DNA of 63,614 nucleotides, the filler included, from Pirum gemmata (taxonomy: Eukaryota): the NCBI GenBank assembly GCA_002812295.1. It is 19 parts of 19 records of this genome, joined end to end, with 100 filler letters (N's around TTAATTAATTAA, not from the genome) between each part and the next. Parts side by side here need not be neighbours in the genome. Positions count along the whole stretch, not along the records: positions 13,281 to 16,502 come from PDIN01003116.1; positions 16,603 to 20,514 come from PDIN01003117.1; positions 20,615 to 23,853 come from PDIN01003118.1; positions 23,954 to 27,163 come from PDIN01003119.1; positions 27,264 to 30,451 come from PDIN01003120.1; 14 more parts are not named here. One strand, given 5' to 3'. How positions within the stretch are numbered: position 1 is the first letter of the stretch; every line of letters starts with the position of its first letter. Positions 13,306-27,463 of this stretch are shown here, piece after piece. Below the pieces are notes generated by a model. The model worked only from the letters and a program-made list of their open reading frames with translations, was not told the origin of the DNA and searched no databases. The translations under genes were made by a program, and so were the position numbers.

Positions 13306-14449
13306 ATGATGTTCTCTATCCTTTCCATTGCTACTTTATCTGCATCTGTTTATGCTGCTCCTAATGTTGGATCTAATCCTTGCACTAACGGACCAAGCTA
13401 CTGGTGTGCAAGTAAAGCAAATGCCAAAAAATGTAACTTTGCCGTAAGTGATTGTGCCAAGCATCCAGATACTACTTTGGGAAAGCAGCAGCAATATGGT
13501 TCAAATCCATGCACCGAAGGTCCAACTTTTTGGTGTTCTTCAGTAAAGAATGCAGCTAAATGCCACTTTGATGTTGCTGACTGTGCTAAATACCCAGAAA
13601 CTGTTCTAGGAAAAATGATTAATGAATTTCCACCTTTAGAACCCGGACCAGTAATTTTACCTAACAAAAACCTTCGTGCTGTAACTGTTGGTTCCAATCC
13701 ATGTACCGAAGGTCCAGCTTTTTGGTGTGCGTCAGAGGAAAATGCTGCTAAATGCCACTTCGATTTTTCTGAATGCGCTCGGTTTCCAGAAACACCCATA
13801 CGCCCGGTTTCCAGAAACACGCAGGGGGAAGAGCAACAACTTGGTTCTAACCCTTGCACTAACGGGCCAAGCTACTGGTGTGCCAGTAAAGCAAATGCCA
13901 AAAAATGCAATTTTACTGTAAGTGATTGCGCTAAGTATCCAGATACTCCTTTGGGAAAGCAGCAACAATATGGTTCAAATCCATGCACTGAAGGTCCAGC
14001 TTTTTGGTGTTCTTCAGTAAAGAATGCAGATAAATGCCACTTTGATGTTGCTGACTGTGCTAAACACCCAGAAACTGTTCTAGGAAAAATGATTAATGGA
14101 AAAAAGATTAATGAATTTCCGCCTTTAGAACCTGGGCCAGTAATTTTACCTACCAAAAACCGTCGTGCTGTAACTGTTGGTTCCAACCCATGTACCGAAG
14201 GTCCAGCTTTTTGGTGTGCGTCAGAGGAAAATGCTGCTAAATGCCATTTNTGGCTGTATAAAATTTCCTGAAACAAAATTAGGACTTCAACAATCACTTG
14301 CAAAATGCATGACTGCTTGCCCAATGTATTACTTACCTTTTTGTGGAACAGATGGCAATGTTTATGGAAACGAATGCGAGATGAACGTTCAAAATTGCAT
14401 GAATGATACTGATGTGAAAAAGGCTTACGATGGGATCTGTAAGAAATAA
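13306..14449 (+). CDS. Secreted protein with six saposin A-type repeats and a C-terminal Kazal domain (frame break at N 14250 probably an assembly artefact)
   Basis: Signal peptide MMFSILSIATLSASVYA; 6x GSNPCTxGPxxWCxxxxNAxKC (SapA consensus); Kazal CMTACPMYYLPFCGTDGNVYGNECEMNVQNC...YDGIC in the shifted frame. Confidence 0.85.
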
Positions 14450-14853
14450 GTTGTTACATTCATGATCAATACTTATACTCCAATAGTCTCCAATATTAAT
14501 TAATATAAGTTTTGTAAACTTATTTTAATTTCGGCTTTGTAAGAAACAACGCTCTTGCAGTCCAAATATTCAGTTACTTTGTGAAATCGAATCAAAATAA
14601 CTGAATCCTGTTTTCATACATTTTAATTTTGTAAAACATTTTCACAAAATTGCATAATAAAATTTATTTAAACTTTTTATTAAATTATTTTAATACACAA
14701 TTTTAATTATTAATATTATATAATATTATAATACAATATTAATTCATTATAATATCATAATTATCTAAAACAAAACCAACTTATAATTGTTAATACCAAT
14801 CACATTGGGTAAGTAGATTATAAACTATCAATTTAGTCAAAGTAATCAATACA

Positions 14854-14983
14854 TATATATATAGACACCTTTGCCGTTATTTATTCATACCAGACTGAAT
14901 ATGGCCCTATCATCTATATTCCCATGATAGGGCCATATTCAGTCTGGTATGAATAAATAACGGCAAAGGTGTCTATATATATA
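14854..14983. repeat. Perfect hairpin: 60-bp arms, 10-nt loop
   Basis: 14854-14913 is the exact reverse complement of 14924-14983. Confidence 0.95.
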
Positions 14984-17900
14984 CATATAATATTATAGTA
15001 TTAATGTTAAGTAATATCATTATTTACAAAAGATTTCAGTATTTTGAATTGATACCATCAATTGTAAAATACAAATCATCCAATAATTATAATAGTTAAT
15101 CTTTACCATTATAAAGCTTTAATATTAATATTATTTATCAACCATAATAATAATTTTTTCGAAATCTAAGTATGGTTAAGTTAGTGATTATAATAATCCT
15201 ATATATATTATCATAATCCTTCAGTTTAAATAATCGATAAAATTAAAAGTAATTATCCAAATTAACCAACATTAATTAATTAAACAATTGCAATATTTAT
15301 TATAAATTATTATTATTAATATAATAATTAATTCTATTAGTAGATATGAAATATCAATCAACATATATATATAATTAAAATATTATTTCATTTCAAATAG
15401 TATCAAAATAATAACCACATTATATCAATTATTATCTATTAGTGGATATAGATAATGATGAAATATAAAATCAAACTTTTTAAATTTGTGATAGCAATTA
15501 AGATATCCACACGTTAAAAGAAAGGAGTTATTGTGTTTTCTTTCCAACACAAGTCACCAAATATTAATATATTAATTATAATATTATTATTATTAATATT
15601 TAATTTAAAATTATTGATTTAATTAGCCGGATAAAACTGATTTCTCAAAATTTGGTAGTACTTTCATGAAATTGGAGCATTTTGAGATGGTGAGTAACCG
15701 TGAGTTTTGTAAAAAAAAAGTTGAATGCCCGTGTAGTAGACCTAGCGGCGTGAAGTACGGTGACGCCGTGTACTCGTTTTTTTTTTTTTTTCCAAAAAAA
15801 AAAAAAAAAAAAACAAAAAAACAAAAAAAAAAACGCCACGTTTCCTACGTCGATACGTTGATCTGCTTTAGCTAATTTAATTATATCTGATATTGAGATA
15901 TTGAGTGATATTGGTATCATATCTATACACATATATTATAGACTACCTATCAGTTAATACTATGATAGTATCGATATATATATATATATATTTCCGAAAG
16001 ACCCAAATCTGGTTCCATATATATATATATATACATAATTTTATATTACAGTAAAATGGTTACGTGGCATTATGGTTACGTGGCATTTTACTATAATATA
16101 TACTAGGTAATATATATAATATATAATAATACTAAATTAATTAAGACTGACATTTTGACTATTAGAGCTCTATTAGTACAATATATGTTTGAAAACGTTA
16201 GCGACGTGTTATTAATAGGATAGTAGGGTTAGGGTTAGCCTGGTTAGGGTTAGGGCATTAGCCAAGAGTTAGGGTTAGGGTTAGGTTAAGGTTATGGTCC
16301 TTTCATGAAAATAGCGCCAATTTGTAATTTTGCCACCAAAGCAAGATTATAATAGTATTATAATATATAAGTATATATTGGCCGTACCGAAACAGTTACT
16401 ATATATGTATAACTATAAATAACTTGTTATTATTGTAACACACGTATAAATAAATAAATAATAATAAAATTTTTATTATTATATACATCGGAGGTACTTA
16501 ACNNNNNNNNNNNNNNNNNNNNNNNNNNNNNNNNNNNNNNNNNNNNTTAATTAATTAANNNNNNNNNNNNNNNNNNNNNNNNNNNNNNNNNNNNNNNNNN
16601 NNAAAAAAAAAAAAAAAAAAAAAAAAAATAATAATAATTAAAAAATAATTTTAAAATTTGATTTTAGGTATTTCAAATTTCGTTTACTTTTCGTTTACTA
16701 TTCGTAATATTTCATTTATATTCTGTTACAGTAAATTACAGTATTTAATAAAATAAATAGTACTTAGACACTTGAGTCTTGAAGTCGGACTATTAAATTT
16801 TTTTAGTACAGTACAGTACAATTACAGTATAGCTTAATATAGCATATTATTTTTTGTCCTATGCATACTTTTTATATACCGGTACGTAGCTATATAGGTC
16901 TAAATAAATATTTTTTTATTCATCTAGTTTGTATAGTATTGTAGTATATCAATATATATTTTAAATTCTACTGAATCTTTACTTTTATATCATTGATTTA
17001 TTGTGGTTTTCATTTATTTTGCCCCACTGAATATTTATTTAGTGGGTAATAACATTTGAATTGACATGTTTTTTTAAATAAATAAATAGATAATAAAACA
17101 TACTCAATTAAATTAAATAGATGTACTCTTTTATTGTATATTTTAGTTAGGATGACAAAACAACTGAAATGATGTAGACTAGTAGACCCTCTGGTGTATG
17201 TGATATGCATGATGTAGACGTCTAGTTAGTTTATAAAGAGTTTTTCAAAGTATCATTAATTAATTTCTATGGTAATTTCAATTTTCAACTAAGTAATTTC
17301 AACAATCATATTTTAATATTACTATAAAAGACTTATAAATAAATAAATAAAAGTAATGTTCCAATAAAAAGCGAATTCCAGAAATGGAACTGGAAATGGT
17401 CACATTGGTCGTGGAAATAAGTATAATCTAGATATCGTAGAGAGGTCTCAAACTCAGCAAATGCATGCAAATGCATGAGAATTGTGGTTTTCAGTGTGGA
17501 AATCAGCTGGTGGAAATAGCCTGTGGAAATGATTAACAATGTGACTTTTAAAAAAAAAATTTTTTTTTATCACGATCACATCAATAATATGTCATATAAT
17601 TAAAAAATAATGTTTACAGTATTTTTTAAATAAGTAAATATGATAACTACAGTAATATAATTATATCATATATAGATGTTTATTTTTTAATTATATAAAA
17701 AAAAAAAAAAAAAACGTAATCAATCTTCTATCAATCTTTCTTTCTTTTTTTTTCTTTTCTAAAACTGTACCGATATTATAGAATTTTTTTTTTTTTAAAA
17801 AATACTAATAAAAGGCTTCTTTTCTAACCTTCAATGCTAACTAGCCAAATTATTTTTAAAAACTGGCCATTAGTTCAAAATAGAGTTTTCTTAGTTAAAC

Positions 17901-20619
17901 AATTTCTCAAAATTTGGTAGTACTTTCATTAAAATTGGACTATTTTGAGATTTTGGATTTTTGAGCTCATATGACGGATGTCTTGGCTGGTAAAAATTTT
18001 TTTATATAAATTATTGATACAGTACAGGGCTGTACGGCTGGCTGGGCCGTACTGTGCCCTAATACCGGCAGACATCTATTGGCAGAGAATTTTTAAAATT
18101 TTATATTCGGGCACCATGAACCACCATCCAATCCCCATCCTTTTATAAATATTTTCATAGGACTGGAGTCCTAGCCTGTGGCTGGAGTTACTGCACTGGA
18201 GTCTGGGGCTCAAGTGGTGTCTGGAGACGGTCACTATACCCCTACACTCCAGTAGATACCGGGTGGGCTACTAGCTAAGTAAGTAACTAGCTAGACCGGG
18301 GCCTATAGGCCTAAAGCTGTCAAAAAAAGTCAAAATTCATACGTTCGAAAAAAAATTTTTTTTTCGTATTTTTCGGGTTCATATATTTTCCCGATTTTTC
18401 AAGGGGTAGGGGTAGGTAGGTAGGTGGTATTTGACCGGAAATTAACGTCGAGGGGTAGGTAGGTTACCGTAGGTAGGGATATTTGAAGATGTATTTGACC
18501 GGAGTATTTGAATGCTCCCTTAGCCCTAGCTTCTAAAAGTATTCTCCGCCGGTAGTTACATTATTTCATAATATTATCATTTTTTATATACTGTCATTGT
18601 CTATTTGTCATCTAATAAATCACAAAGTTATTTAGATAGATTTATAACTATAAATAAGTGATATAATAATAATATAGTAAATTACAAGTGTAAATTAGTA
18701 ATAATACAAAGTATAAATATTATTATATATTATTATATACATTATTTCTATGATAGTAACTATGGTAGTACATTTAAAAATAATAATAATAATAATAATA
18801 CCGGGTAATAATAATAATAATAATACTTAAAAAAATATTTTAAAAATATATATTTACTAGATATACTAATAATGTATACCGAATTTTCGCTGATTTTATA
18901 AACTATTTTATATCATAGTTCGCTGATTTTCTAAACTATTTTATATCATAGTGATTTTATAGAGATTTTATCATCTATTTTATCATGAAAGATTCAGAAA
19001 GAATGAATATGCCATAATGAATAGGCCCTAGGTCTATCATTTTTATATATGATATCATCTATTTCATTACAGTTATCCTTTCTTTCTTTAATTTGGTACC
19101 GTTCAATTGTATAATTGAACTTTTTTATAAATATAAAATTGCTATATAAAATATCAAATTAATTAAAACATGACCAATTAATTATAATTTGGTAAGCTTA
19201 TTTCAGTTTTTGAACTGGACAACACTATTGAAAAACACGATAAAACCCTAGCGATAAAACCAAACTCGAATGAAGCTAGCTAGCTAGGGCAAGAACAGTA
19301 GCCCACAACAGCAGCTAGCTATAGGACTCTACCCTAAAATAATATCGATACTAATTCTATGATAATAACTATAATAACCCTCAACCCAGCTATACTACAT
19401 TATACTATTTACTTAGTTACTTACTACCCTATTAATACATATATATATATATGATACTATATGATACTGCTCCTAACTCTCCAACTCCTACCCTAATATA
19501 TACCATAACTCTAACCCTAGCTAGAACTCTAACTTTTTAACCCTATCCCTGCTAAACCCTAAAAACCGAAAACCTGAAAAACAAAAATGAATTTTTTGTT
19601 TTTATTAATAACATATTACATAATTATGATAATATTATATATAGGTGATATTATCATAATAATATTATACATAAACATTATCATGATTCATAATATGTAG
19701 TATATAGTACGCATATGATATGAATATGACATAGTAAAAAAAGTATTAATAATTAAGCGTTTACAACCATTCATTGTATAAAACTTATTTTTAAATACTA
19801 TTTCGAATTCAATATAAACAATGTGACACCCATACTCACCCANNNNNNNNNNNNNNNNNNNNNNNNNNNNNNNNNNNNNNNNNNNNNNNNNNNNNNNNNN
19901 NNNNCTATTATCATTATTATTATTATTATCATTATTATTATTATTATTATTTAATATTATTATTATTATTATCGACGATATTAAAATATTATTCTGCGCA
20001 CCAAGAACAATAATTACTAAGTGACTGTGGTAGTACTGTTGTACAGTTCAGCTTGTACTTGTTGTAAAAAAACGATACAATATCATGTACAATGATACTA
20101 CAGTGATATAAAAACACGTGCACGCCCTCTAAAATGTCTAGCAGTCTATATTGAAAGCATTTTTTTAAATAAAATAGTAATGATAATAATAATAATAATA
20201 ATAATAATTGTGACAAATAAAGATAATAGCAATATCAAGTACACGTCATGATCAAGTTCTTGTTTCTTATTAATTTAGGTGTTTATCATGTTTTACTAAA
20301 TGTTTTATTCACTTGAATAATATTATGTCAACACAATGTTATACATTGTGTTTATATTAATATTAATTAAAATTTAGCCCGGTAATACTACAATCTTATG
20401 TTATACTCTGTTATGTTTGCTTTTTAATTAATCCGTAGTATTTTTGGAGTAGTTGAGTATAATTTAAGCATTATGCTTAGGATTACGAGTTGGTTAATTT
20501 GTTATTATTATTATNNNNNNNNNNNNNNNNNNNNNNNNNNNNNNNNNNNNNNNNNNNNTTAATTAATTAANNNNNNNNNNNNNNNNNNNNNNNNNNNNNN
20601 NNNNNNNNNNNNNNGTTAT

Positions 20620-21270
20620 ATATTCTATTGTTGATCTGGAGCAGTTGTTTCATTAATTTTGGGTTTAATAATAAAAACCAAGGCTCCAGTTGGTGAAATT
20701 CTAATTTTGATCTGAAGCGGTTGTTTCGCTTATTTTATTTTGAGATTAAAATAATAAAAACTAGTTTAATTATTAAATTTTCCCAAAGTACAAGTTATAT
20801 TCTGACGTTGATCTGGAGCGTTGTTTCACTAATAAAAACCAAGGCTCCAGTTAATGAAATTCTAATGTTAATCTGAAGCGGTTGTTTCGCTTATCGAGTT
20901 TAATTTCTAAATTTTCCCAAAGTACAAGTTATGTTCTAACATTGATATGGAGCGGTTGTTTCACTAATTTTGGATGTAATAATAAAAACCAAGGCTCCAG
21001 TTGATGAAATTCTGATGTTGATCTGAAGCGGTTGTTTCGTTATCGAGTTTAATTTCTAATTTTTCCCAAAGTGCTAGTAATATTCTAACATTTGTAATAA
21101 TAAAAACCAAGCTTAAGGCTCCAGTTGGTGAAAATCTAATGTTGATCTAAAGCGGTTGTTTCGCAAAAAAATCTAGTTTAATGTATAGTATATATATATA
21201 TCAGTGCTGGTAATATTCTAACGTTGATCTGGAGCGGTTGTTTCACTAATTTTGGGTGTAATAATAAAAA
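20620..21270. repeat. Higher-order minisatellite: ~30-bp core alternating with two recurring spacers
   Basis: Core TTCTAATGTTGATCTG(G/A)AGCGGTTGTTTC occurs about 8 times, alternating with AATAAAAACCAAGGCTCCAGTT- and TTTTCCCAAAGTACAAGTTA-containing blocks. Confidence 0.85.
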
Positions 21271-22276
21271 CTAATGCTTTAGTTTAATATCTAATTTTTT
21301 CCAAAAAAAGTGCTAGTTGGTACTTAGTTAATAATTATAATTAGTTTCGCTTATTTTAGGATTAATAACTGGTATAATATACGTAGTATCATAATAAAAG
21401 CAATGTAAATAGTAATAGTAACGAAAATAGTACCGAAAACGGTAAAGGTGAAAGTTATAATTATATATATTGTATAGTGTCATAATAGTAAAATTGTAAT
21501 AGTTATAGTTATAATTATAGTAATCGAATCGTAATCGTTATATTTATATAGTAATAGTAATAGTAAGTTTAAAGGTAACAGTGATAGTGATAGTAATAAT
21601 AATAGCTATACTAAAAAGTAGCTGTGTGCGTGGTTGTAGTAATGTTAATATCAATAGTAATGGCAATAGTAATAGTAATAGTAATAGTAATAGTAATAGT
21701 AATAGTAATAGTAATAGTAATAGTAATAGTAATATATAGTAATAGTAATAGTAATATTATAGTAAGAGTAATATATTAATAGTATAGTAATAGAAATAGA
21801 AATAGTATAGTAATAGTAATAGCAATGATAATAGTAATAGTAACAGTAATATATATATAGTAATAACAGTAATAATAGTAATAGTAATAGTAATTAGTAA
21901 TAGTAATAGAAATATTATTAGCATTAGTTATAGACTTATAGTAATGGTAATATTATATAGTAATAGTAATATAGTTATAGTTATTGTTATATTAATATCA
22001 AAAGTAAAAGTAATAGTAACAGTAATAGTATACGTACTATTAATAGTAATAGCAATATTAATAGTATTAATATCATATGTACTATATATTAATAGTACTA
22101 CATAGCAATAGTAATAGTAATAGTAATAGTAATAGTAATAGTAATAGTAGTAGTAATAGTAGTAATATATATATATAGTAATAGTAATAGTAATAGTAAT
22201 AGCAATCGTAATAGTAATAGTAATAGTAATAGTAATGGTAATGGTAATAGTAATAGTAATAGTAATAGTAATAATC

Positions 22277-22307
<31 letters not shown>

Positions 22308-22570
22308 GTAATAGCAAAAGTGATTGTAATGGTAAGCTGCTGGTTGTATGTATATATACGTATTTGTTCTCGAATCTATTATTTTATGACAATCTTATTC
22401 ATCTAGCTATGCTCGAATTGATATTTTTGATTTGCTAACGATTATTTAGAATGTTGATTGACGTTCCAGAACATTATAATTTAGGTAATACTTGGTTTTG
22501 AGAGAGGTATATAAGCATAGTGTAAAGCTTGTATATATTAAGCTTGTAATAATAACAATACTAATAATAA

Positions 22571-23341
22571 CTATTGATTTGATTTTATTGATATATATTC
22601 TGTACAGGCGTCACAGTACCAAGGTTCATCTTCATCTTCTTCTACGGCCATCTTACCACAAGATGAATGGAACCAACACTCGCATTTTGTACACTCGACT
22701 TCCTTCTCGCCTCCGTATTTAAAATGTTTGTCGCATTTTGGGCAATACACACACTTATACTTTTCCTTAAACTTTTCATATAACTTTTCATCTTTCAAAT
22801 AATCAGAGACTTCCGTAAGTTTAATATCAAGAGAAACTGGTCTATCTATACCTCTTTCATTATTAACAAATTTAAAGTATGTTTCTCTTTTGCCTTTGCC
22901 TGATTTCATATTTTCTTTTTTGAACTTATCAATTTTGCAACACTGCTCTAAACACGAAAGCAGTTCATCATTGTTATGCGAATACTGGTATTCGCTTAGT
23001 TTTATTTTTTCTTTTTCTGCTTTTCGCTTTATACACAATAAATACCTTATTGGTTTTTTACTTTCTAAGAGCTTTTCTAAATCCTCTTCTGATGGTTCCT
23101 CTTCTGATGATACTGATTTCTTTACTTTCTTTCGTGGTGGTGTCTTCTTGTCAGACTTCTTTTTTCTTTTATTATATTCACCTTTATCCCTTTCACTTTT
23201 ATTTTCAATTTCAATTTCACTTTCATGGATATATCTTTCATTTCCATTGGCATCTTTAATGACAATAGAATTATAATTCAAAGGTTTCTGTTTTCTTAGT
23301 GATCTTTTATCATCATCAGCTGATAGGTCATCATCATCATT

Positions 23342-23376
<35 letters not shown>

Positions 23377-23410
23377 TATCATTATCATCATTATCATCAT
23401 TTTCATTACC

Positions 23411-23444
<34 letters not shown>

Positions 23445-23767
23445 TCATAATTACCTTTATCATCATTCTTCTTCTTGCTTGGATCTTCTGGTTTAAAATT
23501 TCCATTTTCATCACTTTCATCTTTACTGTTATTCTTGCTTGAATCTTTTGATTCTAATTCCTGTTGAATATATTTTATATTTCTTAATCTTACTTGAAAA
23601 TCTAAATTTTTTTCGTTGGGCTTCAAAAAACATATTAATATCTTCATTAACATATTTACGCAATTTTCATTTTCAAAGAAGCATTTATTGCTATTAATTT
23701 TAACCCACTGTTCTATCTGTAAGCGTCCCTCGTCATTCAAGTTGTTCCACTCTACCACCACCTGCAT
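22571..23767 (-). CDS. PHD-finger protein with acidic/basic low-complexity region (possibly only the terminal exon)
   Basis: C-terminal CPKC...CTKCECWFHSSC...WYCDAC matches the C4HC3 PHD pattern; NLS-like PPRKKVKK. Confidence 0.8.
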
Positions 23768-24791
23768 GATAAGGAAAAGTAGAATATTACCTTGTTTTCA
23801 ATTTATAATCAATAGGATCCCCCCCCTCAAAAAAAAAAAAAAAAAAAAAAAAANNNNNNNNNNNNNNNNNNNNNNNNNNNNNNNNNNNNNNNNNNNNTTA
23901 ATTAATTAANNNNNNNNNNNNNNNNNNNNNNNNNNNNNNNNNNNNNNNNNNNNTGTGGTTGTGGTTGTGGTTGTGGTTGTGGTTGAATCAAGTTTTTCTT
24001 TTTAATTTCATTCTCCCGAGTAAGACTTAATATATTAATAAATAACGATGTATAATCTGTAACTGTGCAAGGGGAGCTTTAGTTTCCACTTTTAAAAACA
24101 TTTAAAAGCAAAAGCAAAAAGTGAGAGAGAAAAGAGAACCAGAAATAAGAAAAAATGATACTAATTATACTAATAATAAATAATAATAAATAACAATAAT
24201 AATAATATTAATAATAATAATAATAATCTTAATAATAATATTAATAATATTAATAATAATAATAATAATAATAATAGTATCAAAGTACCAATATCAATAC
24301 TTTCCGGCAAAATTTTAAAAAGTTTAAATTTCTAAAATTCCAAAAAGAACAACTTCAATAGTTGTTGTAGTGCAATAGAATTTTAAAAAATCCAAACATA
24401 TAAAATATTTATAAAAGCCTCGAACTACAAACTACAAACTAAAATACAAAACACAAAATGCTAAAATTACACCAAATGCTTACAATTTGAGTAATTTTCT
24501 AACATTGAATATAGCTTGGGTTGTAATAAAAAAGCACCAACAACCAATTCCAATATATCAAAATAAAATTGCCTCCCAACTGCAACTACAAACTAAAATA
24601 CAAAACCAAAATGTTAAAATTCCACTAAATTATTATTACATGCTTTAAAATTTGAGTAATTTGTTACCCTTAAAACATTTCTTGGTTTGTAATAAAAAAG
24701 CACCGACTATCAATTCCAACATACCAAAGTAAAATCGAATGAGACGCAAAAAATAAAATTCGCGATAAGTTTACTATCTATTATTTAAAAA

Positions 24792-25212
24792 TCAGCACAA
24801 AGGTATTTTTTTTCGTAAAGGGGAAACTAACAAAGGAATACTACGATTAAAAAGACAAATACTATCAGCACTACGCTGTTTGGTATTATTACTTTGTTGT
24901 AAACGAAAACCACTTAGACTCATGTTATAACTATTATCTTGTATTCTCTTTGTTTTTAGTCCATCTTCTTCACCTTCATTTGCACTACGCCATTTTCTTT
25001 TTAACTGACTGCGTTGAGGTTGTGGTTGTGGTGGTTCTGGTGGTTGTGGTGGTTGTGGCGGTTGTGGTTGTGATTGTGATTGTGGTTGTGGATGTGGTTG
25101 TGGTTGTGGTTGTGCATGTGGTTGTGGTTGTATTTCTCGATGTACTCCTGGTTGAAGGGATGATATAAATTGTTGGTGTTGGGGTGGTGTTGGTGTTGGT
25201 GTTGGTGTTATT

Positions 25213-25254
<42 letters not shown>

Positions 25255-26620
25255 GGTGGTGGTGTTGGTGACATATATACTTGAGCAATTTGTTGTAGGT
25301 GTATTGTTTGTGGCGGCTGCGGTGGTTGTGGTGGTAGTTGAGGTTGTAATTGCGATTGTGGTTGCGATGGTAGTTGATGTTGTAATTGCGATTGCGATTG
25401 TGGTTGTGGTTGTGGTTGGAGTTGTAATTGTAGTTGGGGTTGCAATTGTGGTTGGGGTTGTAATTGTGGTTGTGGTTGTGGTTGTGGTTGTGGTTGTGGT
25501 TGTGGTTGTGGTTGTGGTTGTAATTGTGGTTGTGGTTGTAATTGTGGTTGTAGACGTGGTTGTGGTTGTAAGTGTGGTTGTAGGTGCGGTTGTGATTGTG
25601 GTTGTAATTCTAATTCTAATTCTGATTNTGATTCTGATTGTGATTGTGATTGTGATTGTGATTGTGATTGTGATTGTGATTGTGATTGTGATTGTGATTG
25701 TGATTGTGATTGTTTCCTTATGACACGAGGCTCGAAAAGCTCGAAAAAAGATTTCAATTCTTTAACATCATTAACAAGACTCAAAGCAAGTTTTCTAAAA
25801 TCTTTGTCCTCTATATTATGGCCCTTAACCAAGTCTACAAAAAGAAAATGACATTTCGAATTACATCTAACATAATCATCAACACTTTCTAAGTTTAAAA
25901 ACGATGAAAACAATTTACAACAAGGGTTCATCTCACCATTCTCTTTAGAAACCGCTCTTGTAAATAAGCATAACGCGATATTAATACTGCATTCAACACG
26001 TTGTTTTCGTGAATAAAGTAAAAAACTATAATCAAAGCTCGCAAAGTACAAGATTTGACTTACAAAAGATAAAAGAATACTTTCAAATTTTTTAAGTACA
26101 ACGTCTGTCATAATTTTACCACTGTGACCTGCGCTAAACGAATTAATAAACTCTACTACTTTCTCCGAGCCAATAACCTGATCTGTAACGGTAGGTGTAT
26201 TGTATTCTATTTTATTTAAAATGAAGCGTTCAGTGTATATGTATTGGTCCATGTGATAATCACCATTGTTGATTTCTACGAGTTGGTTTAATTCTAAATG
26301 TTCTTCCATGTTATCATTTAATTTAGAGGCAATCCACATACAAACTGTAGCAAATACCCTTAAACGAGATGCAGGGCAACGATAAACAGATAATACATTG
26401 TCAAATAATGTTACCCCTAAGGCAAAAGTATATTCATCTATTTTTCTGTGATTATCATAATTAACAACAGTATGAAGATTTTCCTTTGCATTATCCACTA
26501 AAGCTTGATGCAAAAACTTTAAAACTTTCTTGCGCATAAAATTTTTAATTCTATTTTTTTGCGTTGTCTTTAGAAAATCATCGTATTTATGATAATAATG
26601 TTTTTCGTAGTAAGGTTTGG

Positions 26621-26660
<40 letters not shown>

Positions 26661-26867
26661 ATTGTCGTCGTTCCCATTATTATTATTATTATTATTATTG
26701 TTGTTGTTGTTGATCCTATTAAAGCTGCTACTACGTTTACAGTTATTATTGTTAGCAGTGTAGTTGGTGTCCTTATCCTTTATCCTTGAATATTGACACA
26801 TCGTAAGGGATTGGCAAGTGTACACAACGACCAAAGCCACTAAATATTTAAACAATTTAAATTTCAT
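24792..26867 (-). CDS. Divergent cyclin-box protein with poly-N and QP/QS repeats
   Basis: MRKKVLKFL...TFALGVTLFDNVL...LRVFATVCMWIASKL...TERFILNKIEY follows the cyclin N-terminal box consensus; 691-codon ORF. Confidence 0.75.
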
Positions 26868-27463
26868 ACAATAAAATTTTCAAAATAAATAAATAAATAA
26901 AAAAACGAAGACAAAAAGAAGACTTTTTGCTTTTTGGTTTTTTTATAAAAATACAATAATAATCATTTACAAATACTATTCTCAATAATTGATGATAAAG
27001 ATAAAACCAAAACCAAAACCAAAAACTGGTATGGTAATAAAAACAATTTTATTTTAAATAAGCAAACAAATAAGTAAATAAGTAAGTAAGTAAATAAGTA
27101 AATAAGTAAATAAGTAAATAAGTAAATAAGTAAATAAGTAAATAAGTAAATAAAAGTAAGTAANNNNNNNNNNNNNNNNNNNNNNNNNNNNNNNNNNNNN
27201 NNNNNNNTTAATTAATTAANNNNNNNNNNNNNNNNNNNNNNNNNNNNNNNNNNNNNNNNNNNNAATAATAATAATAATAATAATAATACATAATAATAAT
27301 AATAATATAATAATGATAATGATAATGATAATCAAGAAACTGAATAATCAAAATAGAAAAAATGTAAACCTATAATAAAACAGTAAGGTACAATGGTATC
27401 AATGGAAATTATGACGATAAAACAGCAAAAACGATAGAGAAAGCACAACACAATCATAATTAC

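Noticed and set aside
20620..21270. CRISPR array
   Set aside because: Spacers recur rather than being unique, repeats are degenerate, no cas genes are present, and the context is eukaryotic.
23762..23790. 29-nt GT-AG mini-intron upstream of the PHD ORF
   Set aside because: Splicing it places an in-frame TAA five codons upstream; unsupported.
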